Notes under the pieces: model-generated
Told to the model about the DNA's origin: nothing
The model's input: the letters and a program-made list of their open reading frames with translations, nothing else
The model's database searches: none
Shown here: positions 18,598 to 27,587 of the stretch, in pieces
How the letters are laid out: each line of letters starts with the position of its first letter
Numbering within the stretch: the first letter of the stretch is position 1
Source of the DNA: a virus
Taxonomy: Duplodnaviria > Caudoviricetes
Strand: one strand, 5' to 3'
Virus record (IMG/VR): IMGVR_UViG_3300025073_000623
Span: 1 to 30,945 of that record
Length of the DNA stretch: 30,945 bases
Position numbers and translations under genes: made by a program

Positions 18598-18947
18598 CTG
18601 CCACCTCCACTGAAGATGTACAGTGCTTGGGCCAGTTGGTTCTGAAAGTAGACAAACTCATCCAGAAGGTCGTCTACTGTAACTCCAGGGTGACAGTAGA
18701 CGCAGGCCATCCTACAAGCAACACGATCCAAGGATACCGGCTTCTCTCCTTTAGCCAGCTTGTCGTTCTTCTCTTTGATCTTGTCAATCATGTCCCAGTC
18801 TGGGGCACGAAGACGTCGAACGACTACAAACGGACAATCTTCCGCCTCCTCCTGAGTAAGAGCCTCAGGATCTATGAACACCTGTTTCAAGGCGCAGCCA
18901 GGATTAGCCTCCCGAATTACCGCAAACACTTTCGGATCGAGTTGCAT
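18552..18947 (-). CDS. Tail assembly chaperone (gpG-like)
   Basis: 131 aa between tube and tape measure genes. AAGGAG SD and a slippery site near the 3' end. Confidence 0.75.
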   Translation of the reverse strand: MQLDPKVFAVIREANPGCALKQVFIDPEALTQEEAEDCPFVVVRRLRAPDWDMIDKIKEKNDKLAKGEKPVSLDRVACRMACVYCHPGVTVDDLLDEFVYFQNQLAQALYIFSGGGSPLVLLLPKNVNSTE

Positions 18948-18993
18948 GAGACACTCCTTTTTCGCTCCTCTGGAGGAGCACTTACGGTACTAA

Positions 18994-19524
18994 TTACGCA
19001 AACTGAAGGCTGATCGACGCCTCAATTTGCACGTCCAGACTGAACGTCCAACCTTCCGGGTCATACTGCCGAAGACCGTTGAGACGGTACTCAAGGAAAC
19101 CGAAGGATACATTCTCCGCAAGGGGCTCCCCACCCTCTGTTGCATTCTCTTCCTTGTGAGACTCATTGTTCACCCCACGGTACTCCTCGATATAGTCAAT
19201 TCCGTTCTCCTGGGTGAGAATCTCGATATCGTAGGTATTCCCCAGCGGGGAGCCTTTGAAGAAGTTGATGTAGCAGTCCATCCAAGAGCTATGCCCTAAG
19301 GTATACGAGCCGGAACCTGGACCATCCTGCTGTCCCGCAGACCACGCCTTCGGCGTCTGATACTGCCCCTGCATGTGCTTGCGGTTGTTCTTGAGTTCTC
19401 GGCCATCGCAACTCTTAAACAGCCGATATACCTTCGTTAAGCCGTCGCCACGAATGAACTTGATTCGCTTCGAAACAAAAGACGCTGCCTTAGTTGTGTA
19501 GACAGGATCATCGAACTTCTGCAT
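18994..19524 (-). CDS. Tail tube protein
   Basis: Directly after the sheath. ATG 19524 (MQKFDD) follows GGAGG, giving 176 aa, a typical tube size. The 19707 start overlaps the sheath. Confidence 0.7.
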   Translation of the reverse strand: MQKFDDPVYTTKAASFVSKRIKFIRGDGLTKVYRLFKSCDGRELKNNRKHMQGQYQTPKAWSAGQQDGPGSGSYTLGHSSWMDCYINFFKGSPLGNTYDIEILTQENGIDYIEEYRGVNNESHKEENATEGGEPLAENVSFGFLEYRLNGLRQYDPEGWTFSLDVQIEASISLQFA

Positions 19525-19558
19525 GGAAGTATCCTCCGGAGAACCGCCGATCGGCGTA

Positions 19559-21034
19559 TTACTGCCCGATAGAGAATGAACCGTTGAGCGTGACACTACC
19601 GACCGGCAGAGCCACAGTGAAATCCCAACCAACAACCATCTGAACCGTCGAATCGTTCGTGGTCGAATCGGCGACTGTGACAACAATACCGAGAAGCACA
19701 TTGCCATCGATGAGACTCATCGCCGACTTGTAGAACTCCCCGCTCCAGAATCTCTGAGCGTCTGTCGTAAGACCTCCCGTCGCAAGCGCAGCCGCAAACT
19801 TTCCATAGACGTGTACAGCATATCTCCGGAGCCGCTCCTCAATCAAGTCGGCGATCCGACGCACGTAGATATACTTCATCTTGTTATCTGGGGGTGTGGA
19901 CATCAGTCCCCCAGCAAGATAGTGCCCAACGTAACCCGGGTGCTGCCTAGTGACGAGCCACTGCCTTGGGTAGAGCGATCCGCCGATTTCCTCCGTTGAG
20001 TAGCTCGTCAGTACGTCTTCAATCGGACCCAGGTCGGTATCCATCAACTCCTGCTTGTAGTCCGACGCGACGAACCGGTACATTTCATTTTCGAGCTTCA
20101 GCCGTCGAGGTTTCAAGCCGTGTACCAGGTCCTGCGTTCGAAACTCACCGTGACTTTTGAGAACGCGAAGACCGCCGGCGTACTCCAACCCGACAGCCGA
20201 TGTTTCATACTGAGCGTCTGTCTCCGGAGCACCTGCAGTACCGAAACCGTCTTCACCTGTTACGTCCTGTCGTCGAAACGACAGGAAACACGAATACAAA
20301 TTCAACTTCGCAGGTCCGTCTTGAGCTGCATCCTCAGCAGCCTCAAGAGCCTCCGCCAAATCATCCGTATTCCATCCTTGATGCACCACAACCATTCCAA
20401 AACGCTCAACCATCTGCGTCGAAAGAGCGTCAAGCGCGGCTGACATTCCGGCCACAGACATAGCCGGTGCAACGGTACGACATCTCCAATACGTACCAAC
20501 CGGAAAATCACCGGCGTCGTCACTGAATGTCAACGTGACACCCGAGAGTGCATTGACAATCGTAGCACCAGATACCGCTACCTCATCCAACCAGGTTGAG
20601 CCGTTGTCAAGAGAGAGCCTTCCACGAGCGTCTCCGCCGATGACACCCCCAACCGTAAACTTCCAGAGCAACTCGAAATCGTCAAGGGCCGCTCCGGAGA
20701 ACACAACGGTTCCGATATCTTCCGGAGTGGCACTTTCGGAGGCCGTACTGGACGCTGCATACCGAGTCAAGCCACAGGAACCGGCGACAGCCGTTGCAGC
20801 CTTACACAGCAACTGAGGCACACGCAACTTCGCCAGTGCGTTCTTCCCCACTCGAACCAACGGCCCGAGCCCGAAGGAACTCTCAATGAGGCTGTTGCTG
20901 TTGCACTTCGTGAGCAAGTTGGCCGTTCCTGTGGAGGAGCAGCCGACATGACACAAGACCTTGTACACATCTCGTGAACCTGATGCAGCCAAATACCCTG
21001 GATCGAAGGATCCGGAAGTGTTAGGAAGTTCCAT
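19559..21034 (-). CDS. Tail sheath protein (DUF2586-like)
   Basis: 491 aa. IESSFGLGPL, SLDNGSTW, FPVGTYW...TVAP and VTRQHPGYVGHYLAGG...YVRRIAD patterns of contractile sheath-like proteins. Confidence 0.8.
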   Translation of the reverse strand: MELPNTSGSFDPGYLAASGSRDVYKVLCHVGCSSTGTANLLTKCNSNSLIESSFGLGPLVRVGKNALAKLRVPQLLCKAATAVAGSCGLTRYAASSTASESATPEDIGTVVFSGAALDDFELLWKFTVGGVIGGDARGRLSLDNGSTWLDEVAVSGATIVNALSGVTLTFSDDAGDFPVGTYWRCRTVAPAMSVAGMSAALDALSTQMVERFGMVVVHQGWNTDDLAEALEAAEDAAQDGPAKLNLYSCFLSFRRQDVTGEDGFGTAGAPETDAQYETSAVGLEYAGGLRVLKSHGEFRTQDLVHGLKPRRLKLENEMYRFVASDYKQELMDTDLGPIEDVLTSYSTEEIGGSLYPRQWLVTRQHPGYVGHYLAGGLMSTPPDNKMKYIYVRRIADLIEERLRRYAVHVYGKFAAALATGGLTTDAQRFWSGEFYKSAMSLIDGNVLLGIVVTVADSTTNDSTVQMVVGWDFTVALPVGSVTLNGSFSIGQ

Positions 21035-21599
21035 CGTTTACCTCACCCTCTTCAATGTCAACCTGAGTGATCGGAAGGTAAACAGTGCCTTCCGCTGTCG
21101 AAAGATCAAATAACGGTATCCAGTACCTTACGTTGTGTACCCACGTCCACAACGCTGTAGACAGATTTGAAAAATCCCCCTGCGGGAAGCCCGACCGCTC
21201 AAAAGTGAGATTCTTCGGCCCTACCGCACTACTCCGGAGAATCGTAGCTACTCTGTCCCTAAGACCAAAGAAAACGGTATCTGCAATCTTGTATGTAAGT
21301 AGTTGTCGTCGGGTACCAAAGCAATATACAGACACTCCAATACCGTCGTTCTGGATAGTGTCCGGGAGATCCTCCTGATCGTCTTCTCCGGAGACACTCA
21401 TGTCAAGTGCTCCTTTGTAAAGTTGATGCTCATCTTGATCAACATCATCCCGAGACACGTAGACAACACGACACTGAGCGGTATTCTGCGACAGTGCGTT
21501 ACCGCCGTAGTACCACTTAATGTCATCACCCGGAAACCGAGCGGCATACGCCGCTGCGCAGGTTTCAAAGTGGTCATAAGGGTCAAGCCAGGGTATCAC
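21021..21599 (-). CDS. Putative tail terminator / neck protein
   Basis: 192 aa between the adaptor and sheath genes. Function is positional. Confidence 0.5.
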   Translation of the reverse strand: MIPWLDPYDHFETCAAAYAARFPGDDIKWYYGGNALSQNTAQCRVVYVSRDDVDQDEHQLYKGALDMSVSGEDDQEDLPDTIQNDGIGVSVYCFGTRRQLLTYKIADTVFFGLRDRVATILRSSAVGPKNLTFERSGFPQGDFSNLSTALWTWVHNVRYWIPLFDLSTAEGTVYLPITQVDIEEGEVNDGTS

Positions 21600-21602
21600 G
21601 CG

Positions 21603-22046
21603 TCACCAAGGATTAATATTGATTGCCCTATAACCACCGATCTTCGGCGTCCCCGGGTGTTCATCTGGACTGTCTGTTTCTCCAGAGGAGTCAATTGTAC
21701 CTGTCGGCGCACGTTTACGCCGAGTCCAGCGCTCTAACTCGTCGAGAATAAACGCATATCGGGCTTCAATCTGAGGCCACTCTACCTCAGACGAAGGTAA
21801 ACCAATTACACTCTTGGCACTATATGCAGCGAGCACACAGACGTATTCTATTAACACCTCTCCCCAGCTAACCAAGGGAAGAATCATGAAATGTCCAAGA
21901 GCGTCAAGCACCTTACCGCTGGCTGCACGCAACCACGCATCTATCACGGAGGAATCCTCGTCAGAGGTATATTCATCCTTAATACGGGATTTTTCAAGCC
22001 CGTGTATGTAGAAATCTTCGCGTGTGGCGAGCTGTTGTGTTGCCAT
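21603..22046 (-). CDS. Head-tail adaptor (Mu gp36 / DUF1320-like)
   Basis: IDAWLRAASGKVLDAL...LPLVSWGEVLIEYVCVLAAY...RY fits the gp36 family. ATG 22046 has a GGAG SD and lies downstream of the 22149-22177 promoter. Confidence 0.7.
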   Translation of the reverse strand: MATQQLATREDFYIHGLEKSRIKDEYTSDEDSSVIDAWLRAASGKVLDALGHFMILPLVSWGEVLIEYVCVLAAYSAKSVIGLPSSEVEWPQIEARYAFILDELERWTRRKRAPTGTIDSSGETDSPDEHPGTPKIGGYRAININPW

Positions 22047-22148
22047 AGGTGCTCCAGAGAAATTAAGCACGTCGTCAAAAACCAACTCCCAGTCGTGTCT
22101 ACCAGAAGGAGTGTCTCGCTCGAGAAAGAGACGACGCTGCTTACTATA

Positions 22149-22177
22149 AGTATAGCTGATCACACACGCAGAGGCAA
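22149..22177 (-). promoter_or_regulatory. Sigma70-type promoter between capsid and neck genes
   Basis: TTGCCT (22177-22172), 17 bp, TATACT (22154-22149), AT-rich upstream. Confidence 0.7.
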
Positions 22178-22235
22178 GAGAATATTTGAAAATGCGGAAA
22201 GAAAACTGGCAGGTGCTCTGGAGAACCGAAGAAAA

Positions 22236-23309
22236 TCAGACCTGAGAATCGCCCGAAGGAAGAGCGTGCAGAATTTCACAGAGACCGATGCGATCCCACG
22301 AATCTTTCGGCAATTCGATGATCGGACTGTGGATCATGGCGAGATACCAGGTATTGCCGGCGGACTGCCCGTTTGCCGGATGTCCACTGGTCCCCGCTGC
22401 AATCGGTGGTGTATCCATCTGCATTTCGCCGGGTGACCATCCGGTGTACTCCTTGACCACGTAATCCGTGGCAAGGAAGGTTCTGTAACTGTACGGATTG
22501 GTCTCCTCGTTGTACTCTGACTCAGGATCGGTCAGATACCGCAGGCCAGCGCGGGTGTAGTCGGCGTAGTCTTTCTGTACCTCGAGATCGTCGAAGGGTA
22601 CGAACATTACCGGAATCCCTTCCATGAGAACCCGACCCTTCGGGAAGCCGGCCTCGGCAGCTCCTCTGGAGATCCATTTGAGCTTCGCTTCGGACGGCGC
22701 CCGGTCCGCCTCCATCTCAAACCATCTTTGGTTGTCCGTGTGTGTGTACCACGTGTTGCAGGCTTCACGATAGTCTCCGGAGTAGAAGTCCAGAGCGTCG
22801 TGAACCATGTCGTAATCCAGAGGTGTCGCAGCTTCTCCGAACAGCGCTGAGGGCAGACTGAGGTTCGGAATCGCATCTGCCTCATTCTCGTCGACCGCCA
22901 GTTTGAGCGCATCGAAGAACGCCCGCGATCTGAACATCTTGCACTGCATTCCGAGCACCTTTGCGGCTTTCAGCCGCAGCGAAGGCTGCCCTCGAATCAT
23001 TCGACGGGTGATCTCATCGATCGTCAGAAACACCTGCATCGGGTACTGGTAGATTGTACCCATCCTGGTTGTCGACCCGAGCCGCAGAACTGAGTTCCCG
23101 CCTTCCACACCCCAGGTTCTGAAGTCCCCTACTTCTGCCGGGAACAGATCGATCTCGAAGGGCACCTGATTGGAAATCAGACCATCCGGAAACCGACGGG
23201 CCTCGGTGTAGGGAGCCTGCAGATACTTCGGGCGATACTGCCCAAGTGTCATCGCCGCTTCCTGCAGCGCTCGCTTTACAGCGTCAGAGAAATCATAACT
23301 CGACGTCAT
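22236..23309 (-). CDS. Putative major capsid protein
   Basis: 357 aa, directly after protease/scaffold and before the adaptor, with strongly G/C-ending codons. Sequence family not recognised. Confidence 0.7.
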   Translation of the reverse strand: MTSSYDFSDAVKRALQEAAMTLGQYRPKYLQAPYTEARRFPDGLISNQVPFEIDLFPAEVGDFRTWGVEGGNSVLRLGSTTRMGTIYQYPMQVFLTIDEITRRMIRGQPSLRLKAAKVLGMQCKMFRSRAFFDALKLAVDENEADAIPNLSLPSALFGEAATPLDYDMVHDALDFYSGDYREACNTWYTHTDNQRWFEMEADRAPSEAKLKWISRGAAEAGFPKGRVLMEGIPVMFVPFDDLEVQKDYADYTRAGLRYLTDPESEYNEETNPYSYRTFLATDYVVKEYTGWSPGEMQMDTPPIAAGTSGHPANGQSAGNTWYLAMIHSPIIELPKDSWDRIGLCEILHALPSGDSQV

Positions 23310-23390
23310 CAGATACCGCCTTTCTTTTTCTTGCGCCTTAGGCGCGGTACTCCGGAGAACCGAACCCTCTTCGGGTTGGTGGAGTGTTGC

Positions 23391-23822
23391 TTATTCGATC
23401 TCATCCAGGAAAGAGGCACCCTTCGCCTCGAGTTCGGCTGCAAGTTCTTCACGGGACATGCCGGCAGCATTCCGCTTTCCACCGTTCAGACCTGGCTGCT
23501 CCTTCGGCGTTTTCCCGAAAGGAGTCGCCGGAGTCACCGGAACCTTCGCGACTTCGGGAAGATACCTCATCCAGGCGTTGCCAGCCTTGGTGACGACGTC
23601 CGCCAGGGACTCAAGCGCCTCGGAGCCTTCGACGATTTTACCTTCGAGCTGAGCTTCACGCGCCTGTGCCTTGGCTTTCTCATGCGCGAGTTCCGCCTCG
23701 ACCTTCTTGCGTGCGTCGGCCTCCCCTTGAATTCGTGATGCTTGTGTTTTCGACACTTCAAGCAGTTCAGCCAATTGCTTCGACTGCTTCTCGAGTTCAG
23801 CCCTCATTTCCTCTTCAGTCAT
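23391..23822 (-). CDS. Nested in-frame scaffolding protein (Nu3-like)
   Basis: In-frame ATG 23822 (MTEEEMRAELEK) preceded by AAAGGAGA, giving a 143-aa charged coiled coil. Confidence 0.6.
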   Translation of the reverse strand: MTEEEMRAELEKQSKQLAELLEVSKTQASRIQGEADARKKVEAELAHEKAKAQAREAQLEGKIVEGSEALESLADVVTKAGNAWMRYLPEVAKVPVTPATPFGKTPKEQPGLNGGKRNAAGMSREELAAELEAKGASFLDEIE

Positions 23823-24572
23823 TGGATTTCTCCTTTGTACATGATTTACGACGCCGGCCACCTTTGCGGACAGCACGGCGCCTTGCTGATCCGCCCAAAA
23901 CTGTTCTGATCCGTAGCCGAAAGTAGCTACGGATTTCTGAAATTCTTTCGTCGAAGATACCGCTTCGGCCTTCCAATGTTCCAGCTCCTCTGGAGACATC
24001 TTCGAATTGGGGTCTCCCCACCCCTTCTTGCTACCTCCGGAGAACTGTGTTATCTTAACACCTGCTTTTTCGAGTCTCTCTGTCTGATCGACTCTTCGAC
24101 GAATTGTCGCAACCGAGGCCAGTAAGGCCTCTGGAGAAGCATAAAGACTCTTTGCCGGCGAAGCCGCAGCTGTCGCCAGTAGATACGCAGCAGAAGTAGC
24201 ATAAGCAGGCACCCATACCGTAGTAGGTTTTTGCTTGGCGAAACCGTTCAAGGCTTCAGCAGCGTCTTGATTGCCAATTGTAGTGCCACCTGGAGACATA
24301 ATCTCAAACTGCACGCGTTTGACCTTTGAATCTGCATAGAGATCCCCCACCTTTGCAACCAGATCGGCATATCCTACCTCACCCCACTCTGGATCAAAGG
24401 AAAGCGCACTACTAAGCTGAATCAGACCTGTTTCTCTGGAGCGTCGGACGGTCAGCCCCTCCTTCACCTCGAAAAAAGAGAAGAAGGCTCGCTCAAGCAA
24501 GATCGGATCTACACTGAGCAGCTGACCTTCATACCGTGCAAAGTAACCTTCCGGAGAAATATGTATCGTCAT
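23391..24572 (-). CDS. S49-family prohead protease with C-terminal scaffold domain
   Basis: IMSPGG, ATSAAYLLA and LASVA motifs of S49 (lambda gpC/SppA-like) peptidases, plus a C-terminal coiled coil. Confidence 0.85.
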   Translation of the reverse strand: MTIHISPEGYFARYEGQLLSVDPILLERAFFSFFEVKEGLTVRRSRETGLIQLSSALSFDPEWGEVGYADLVAKVGDLYADSKVKRVQFEIMSPGGTTIGNQDAAEALNGFAKQKPTTVWVPAYATSAAYLLATAAASPAKSLYASPEALLASVATIRRRVDQTERLEKAGVKITQFSGGSKKGWGDPNSKMSPEELEHWKAEAVSSTKEFQKSVATFGYGSEQFWADQQGAVLSAKVAGVVNHVQRRNPMTEEEMRAELEKQSKQLAELLEVSKTQASRIQGEADARKKVEAELAHEKAKAQAREAQLEGKIVEGSEALESLADVVTKAGNAWMRYLPEVAKVPVTPATPFGKTPKEQPGLNGGKRNAAGMSREELAAELEAKGASFLDEIE

Positions 24573-25717
24573 TTTGAAGCCTCCAAAATCCGCTTGGCGT
24601 CGGCTTCACAACCGGGCCAGTTTTTCACTGCGGTACTGAGATCCATAAGAATCTTCGCTCTGCGCTCCATGTCCTTCATGGAGCGAACCTTCCAGCTGAG
24701 CTCAAACACCACAGAAGACGGTATCTGCCGAAAGGTTCTCCAGAGCGGAATCCACCACCAATTAAGACTGTACGCCAGTCGAGCCAATTCCAACGCGAGC
24801 ATCGGAACCGAAACTTCGTTGATGAGAACTTCTACTGCATTGTATGACCCTGAATCAAGACGGGTCGTCGTCGACTGACCCTTCAAATATTCTGCCTTGA
24901 TCATGTCGATCTCCTTCTTCAGTTCCGCTGTGGAGCGGTAGTCAAAAGGAGTCGACTGTACTCTTGTGATGCAGTCTTCGGTGGCACCGTCCGGTACTTC
25001 AATCCAAGTCTTCTGGCCAATCTCGTCCATAGTTCTAAAGAACTTAGGCTTATCCTTCTTCGCGTCCATGCCTTCTGTACGAACGAGAAGAGGACTGATC
25101 GAACTGTGCATGGCATTCCGAAGCCACCAAACGAGAGCCTGAACCCCACCTACACACAAAGGTCCGAGAATATTCCAGCCCGCCCCAATGCCACTCCAGG
25201 GCTTAGGATCAATCTCTGTTCCAAGAAGAAGGTAGTCCTCACCAAATTCTATCGGAGATTTGTTATTCCATCCTCTTCCACTTGGAAGGAGAATAGAGGT
25301 TTTTGCGTCTTCCCTGAGCCACCAAGTTCGCTCTGCATCTCGAGATAAAAACGCCGGATTCCACGGTTGAAGAATCGGACCGCGCAACGTATCGTGGATA
25401 ACCTGACAAAATTCTGCCTTGTTTAGCCGTTGCCAGGTGAGGAGATCAGATACCGTATCTGGAGGTATGCACCTTGCGAAATCGGCTCTCAAGGTGGCTT
25501 GCTGCTCTGGAGAACCGCCTTCAATCTCGAGAACAGCATTTTGCATGACCGCTGCTCCACGATCAACGATGCACTGCCCGATCCGAGGATCCTTACAAAG
25601 CCAGTGGTCGAGATATCCCAGTGACTCGAAGTCTCCAGACTCGAGATCGTTTGGAACTGTTTTCAGCCGATCGAAGTCCCACGTACCGTAGTCTTCGATT
25701 TCTGGTTGCGTCTTCAA
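24569..25717 (-). CDS. Portal protein (Mu gp29 / DUF935-like)
   Basis: KDPRIGQCIVDR and AEYLKGQSTTTRLDSGSYNAVEV match DUF935 patterns. Follows TerL. TTG start with GGAG SD. Confidence 0.8.
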   Translation of the reverse strand: MKTQPEIEDYGTWDFDRLKTVPNDLESGDFESLGYLDHWLCKDPRIGQCIVDRGAAVMQNAVLEIEGGSPEQQATLRADFARCIPPDTVSDLLTWQRLNKAEFCQVIHDTLRGPILQPWNPAFLSRDAERTWWLREDAKTSILLPSGRGWNNKSPIEFGEDYLLLGTEIDPKPWSGIGAGWNILGPLCVGGVQALVWWLRNAMHSSISPLLVRTEGMDAKKDKPKFFRTMDEIGQKTWIEVPDGATEDCITRVQSTPFDYRSTAELKKEIDMIKAEYLKGQSTTTRLDSGSYNAVEVLINEVSVPMLALELARLAYSLNWWWIPLWRTFRQIPSSVVFELSWKVRSMKDMERRAKILMDLSTAVKNWPGCEADAKRILEASK

Positions 25718-25756
25718 TTAGGTTCTCCGGAGCGGTCGAAATGACCTCGTGCGTCC

Positions 25757-27574
25757 TTAGGCAGCCATAGCTTTTCCAAATCGATCATTTTGTGATCGAC
25801 CTGCGTATGTTCTAGAGTATACCATAGCACAGCCCATTCTGTCAAGTATTACTTGCGTCGCGTAACGCAACGCGTCCAACGCATGCTTGAGAGCTTTATC
25901 TTTTTTCGATCCGTCCGCCACGTAATGGCGGAATGACCGAGACAAAACTTTGCAGCGGCTATGAATTTTCAACCGACGCTCCTTAAACGCTTGATTTACT
26001 CGTCGCTCCTCTGTCTCGACGGAGCCAGGATACTTGTTCGGCTTGCGAATATAGGGTGCAGCTTCTCCGGAGAGTTCGCCAATTGCCTTGGAGAGAAGCT
26101 TATTCAGTTTCTCCCCACGAACCTCTTTTCCACCTGTGTTGATATCCCCAACCCAAAACGTTACCTCCTCAACAGAGAGACTGTTCCGATGAAGCATTTC
26201 AAGAATGCCTTCGGCATCATCTGTCGAGGTCGTCTTTTTCTTAGAGACATACTCATCAATTATAACCGCCGTTGAGCTTGGGTCATACATTCGGTATGCA
26301 ATGAGTACCGCTACCTGCGTAAAGGCGCCCTCACCGTGGTCGATGCCTACTGCAAACATCCACTCGTCTGCGTCCTCCTGTACGAGTCGCAACCAGCGAT
26401 CTACAGTGGAGCGATCTGTACCTGTCTCCTTGTAATACGTGAAAGCGCGGTTTTTCGTCACGCCTTCCCATTCACCGAAAAGCCTTTGCGGAGTTTGTTC
26501 CTCCCGGTAAGCGTCCCGCCTTGATTCCAACTCCTCCGGAGCAAACCAAGGACAGTCCGGGATACCGATCACATGCTGCTTCCACTTTCCTCGAGGACCA
26601 ACTCCGCTCTCTCCGTGTGTCTCTCTGTACTCCGCATCTCCCTCCACATAATCCCGCAGCCAGGTAAAGTCCTCCCCCTCTTCTCCGATAGGGGTAAAAG
26701 ACATTATCACCCAAGCCGTTCGAGCAAGCCCGGCTCGACGAATCTCGTCGATCGTTCCGGCTTTCGGAGGCTCGTCGATCCAGATACCGTCTGCAGTGAG
26801 CGAGTTGAGACTGTCTGTATCTTGGTTCGAGGACCGAAAGATGATCTTCGTATTCGTTTTTGGAAAAACGATACAGGGGTTTCGGACGCCCCACATATTA
26901 CGAGTATCGTAGTGGGTACTGATCCAATCAATGGCATCAATGGGGCATAGCGCCCAAAGTGCTTTGAAGACCCCTTCCCGATTCTTATCACTTCCTGTGA
27001 CTACCAGAATAGTCTTCTCAATTAAAGGATCCACCCACTTTGCATCGATCTCCTTCCAAGGATGCTTCCCGGAAGCGTAGAAAAGCACCTCCGCAGCGGC
27101 AGCATAGCTTTTCCCAACCTGGTTTGGCGCTCGCAAGAAGCGCAATAACGCTTCGTCTGCATGAAAAGCCTGAAATTTCGGTGCGTAGTTAGCATCACGA
27201 AGGCCGATTCGTAGGGTGCTGTAGAACCAGCTAAGGCGATCGTTTTCCTTGTGCCATTGCTCAAGCCACGTGAGAGACCGTTCGAGTGCACGCTCCAGAT
27301 ACCGTTTGCGTGGACCTCCGGGGTATGAAAAAGCGTTGGTTGCTCCGGAGAACCGAACCGGGTCCCCCGCCATAGCCCCCATCGCTGAGCCCGTCGTCGG
27401 CCCGTCTGCCTTAGCAAGCTCGATTCGAATTGCCTGAATTGCTCGAACGCAGTTATCCCTGCGGTTCCGATCTGGGTCAATCGTATACCTTATGGGACAA
27501 TTTGGCCCCGGACCTTCAGGCCAAGGGGCGGCGGTTGTTTTTGCCCTTTCCAAGGGGCGGTATCCGGTTCTCAT
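25757..27574 (-). CDS. terL: Terminase large subunit (P22 gp2-like ATPase motifs)
   Basis: Walker A APNQVGKS, Walker B IWIDEPP, coupling motif SFTP, nuclease VGIDHG and HALDALRY. Confidence 0.93.
   Translation of the reverse strand: MRTGYRPLERAKTTAAPWPEGPGPNCPIRYTIDPDRNRRDNCVRAIQAIRIELAKADGPTTGSAMGAMAGDPVRFSGATNAFSYPGGPRKRYLERALERSLTWLEQWHKENDRLSWFYSTLRIGLRDANYAPKFQAFHADEALLRFLRAPNQVGKSYAAAAEVLFYASGKHPWKEIDAKWVDPLIEKTILVVTGSDKNREGVFKALWALCPIDAIDWISTHYDTRNMWGVRNPCIVFPKTNTKIIFRSSNQDTDSLNSLTADGIWIDEPPKAGTIDEIRRAGLARTAWVIMSFTPIGEEGEDFTWLRDYVEGDAEYRETHGESGVGPRGKWKQHVIGIPDCPWFAPEELESRRDAYREEQTPQRLFGEWEGVTKNRAFTYYKETGTDRSTVDRWLRLVQEDADEWMFAVGIDHGEGAFTQVAVLIAYRMYDPSSTAVIIDEYVSKKKTTSTDDAEGILEMLHRNSLSVEEVTFWVGDINTGGKEVRGEKLNKLLSKAIGELSGEAAPYIRKPNKYPGSVETEERRVNQAFKERRLKIHSRCKVLSRSFRHYVADGSKKDKALKHALDALRYATQVILDRMGCAMVYSRTYAGRSQNDRFGKAMAA
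25816..25845 (-). promoter_or_regulatory. Sigma70-type promoter in the 3' end of terL, facing portal/head genes
   Basis: TTGACA (25845-25840), 18 bp, TGgTATACT (-10 at 25821-25816). Confidence 0.65.
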
Positions 27575-27587
27575 TCTTTAGCCAGAC

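Noticed and set aside
22190-22235. Terminator after the major capsid gene
   Set aside because: The stem around the CTCTGGAG site is weak and bulged, and the T-tract is not adjacent.
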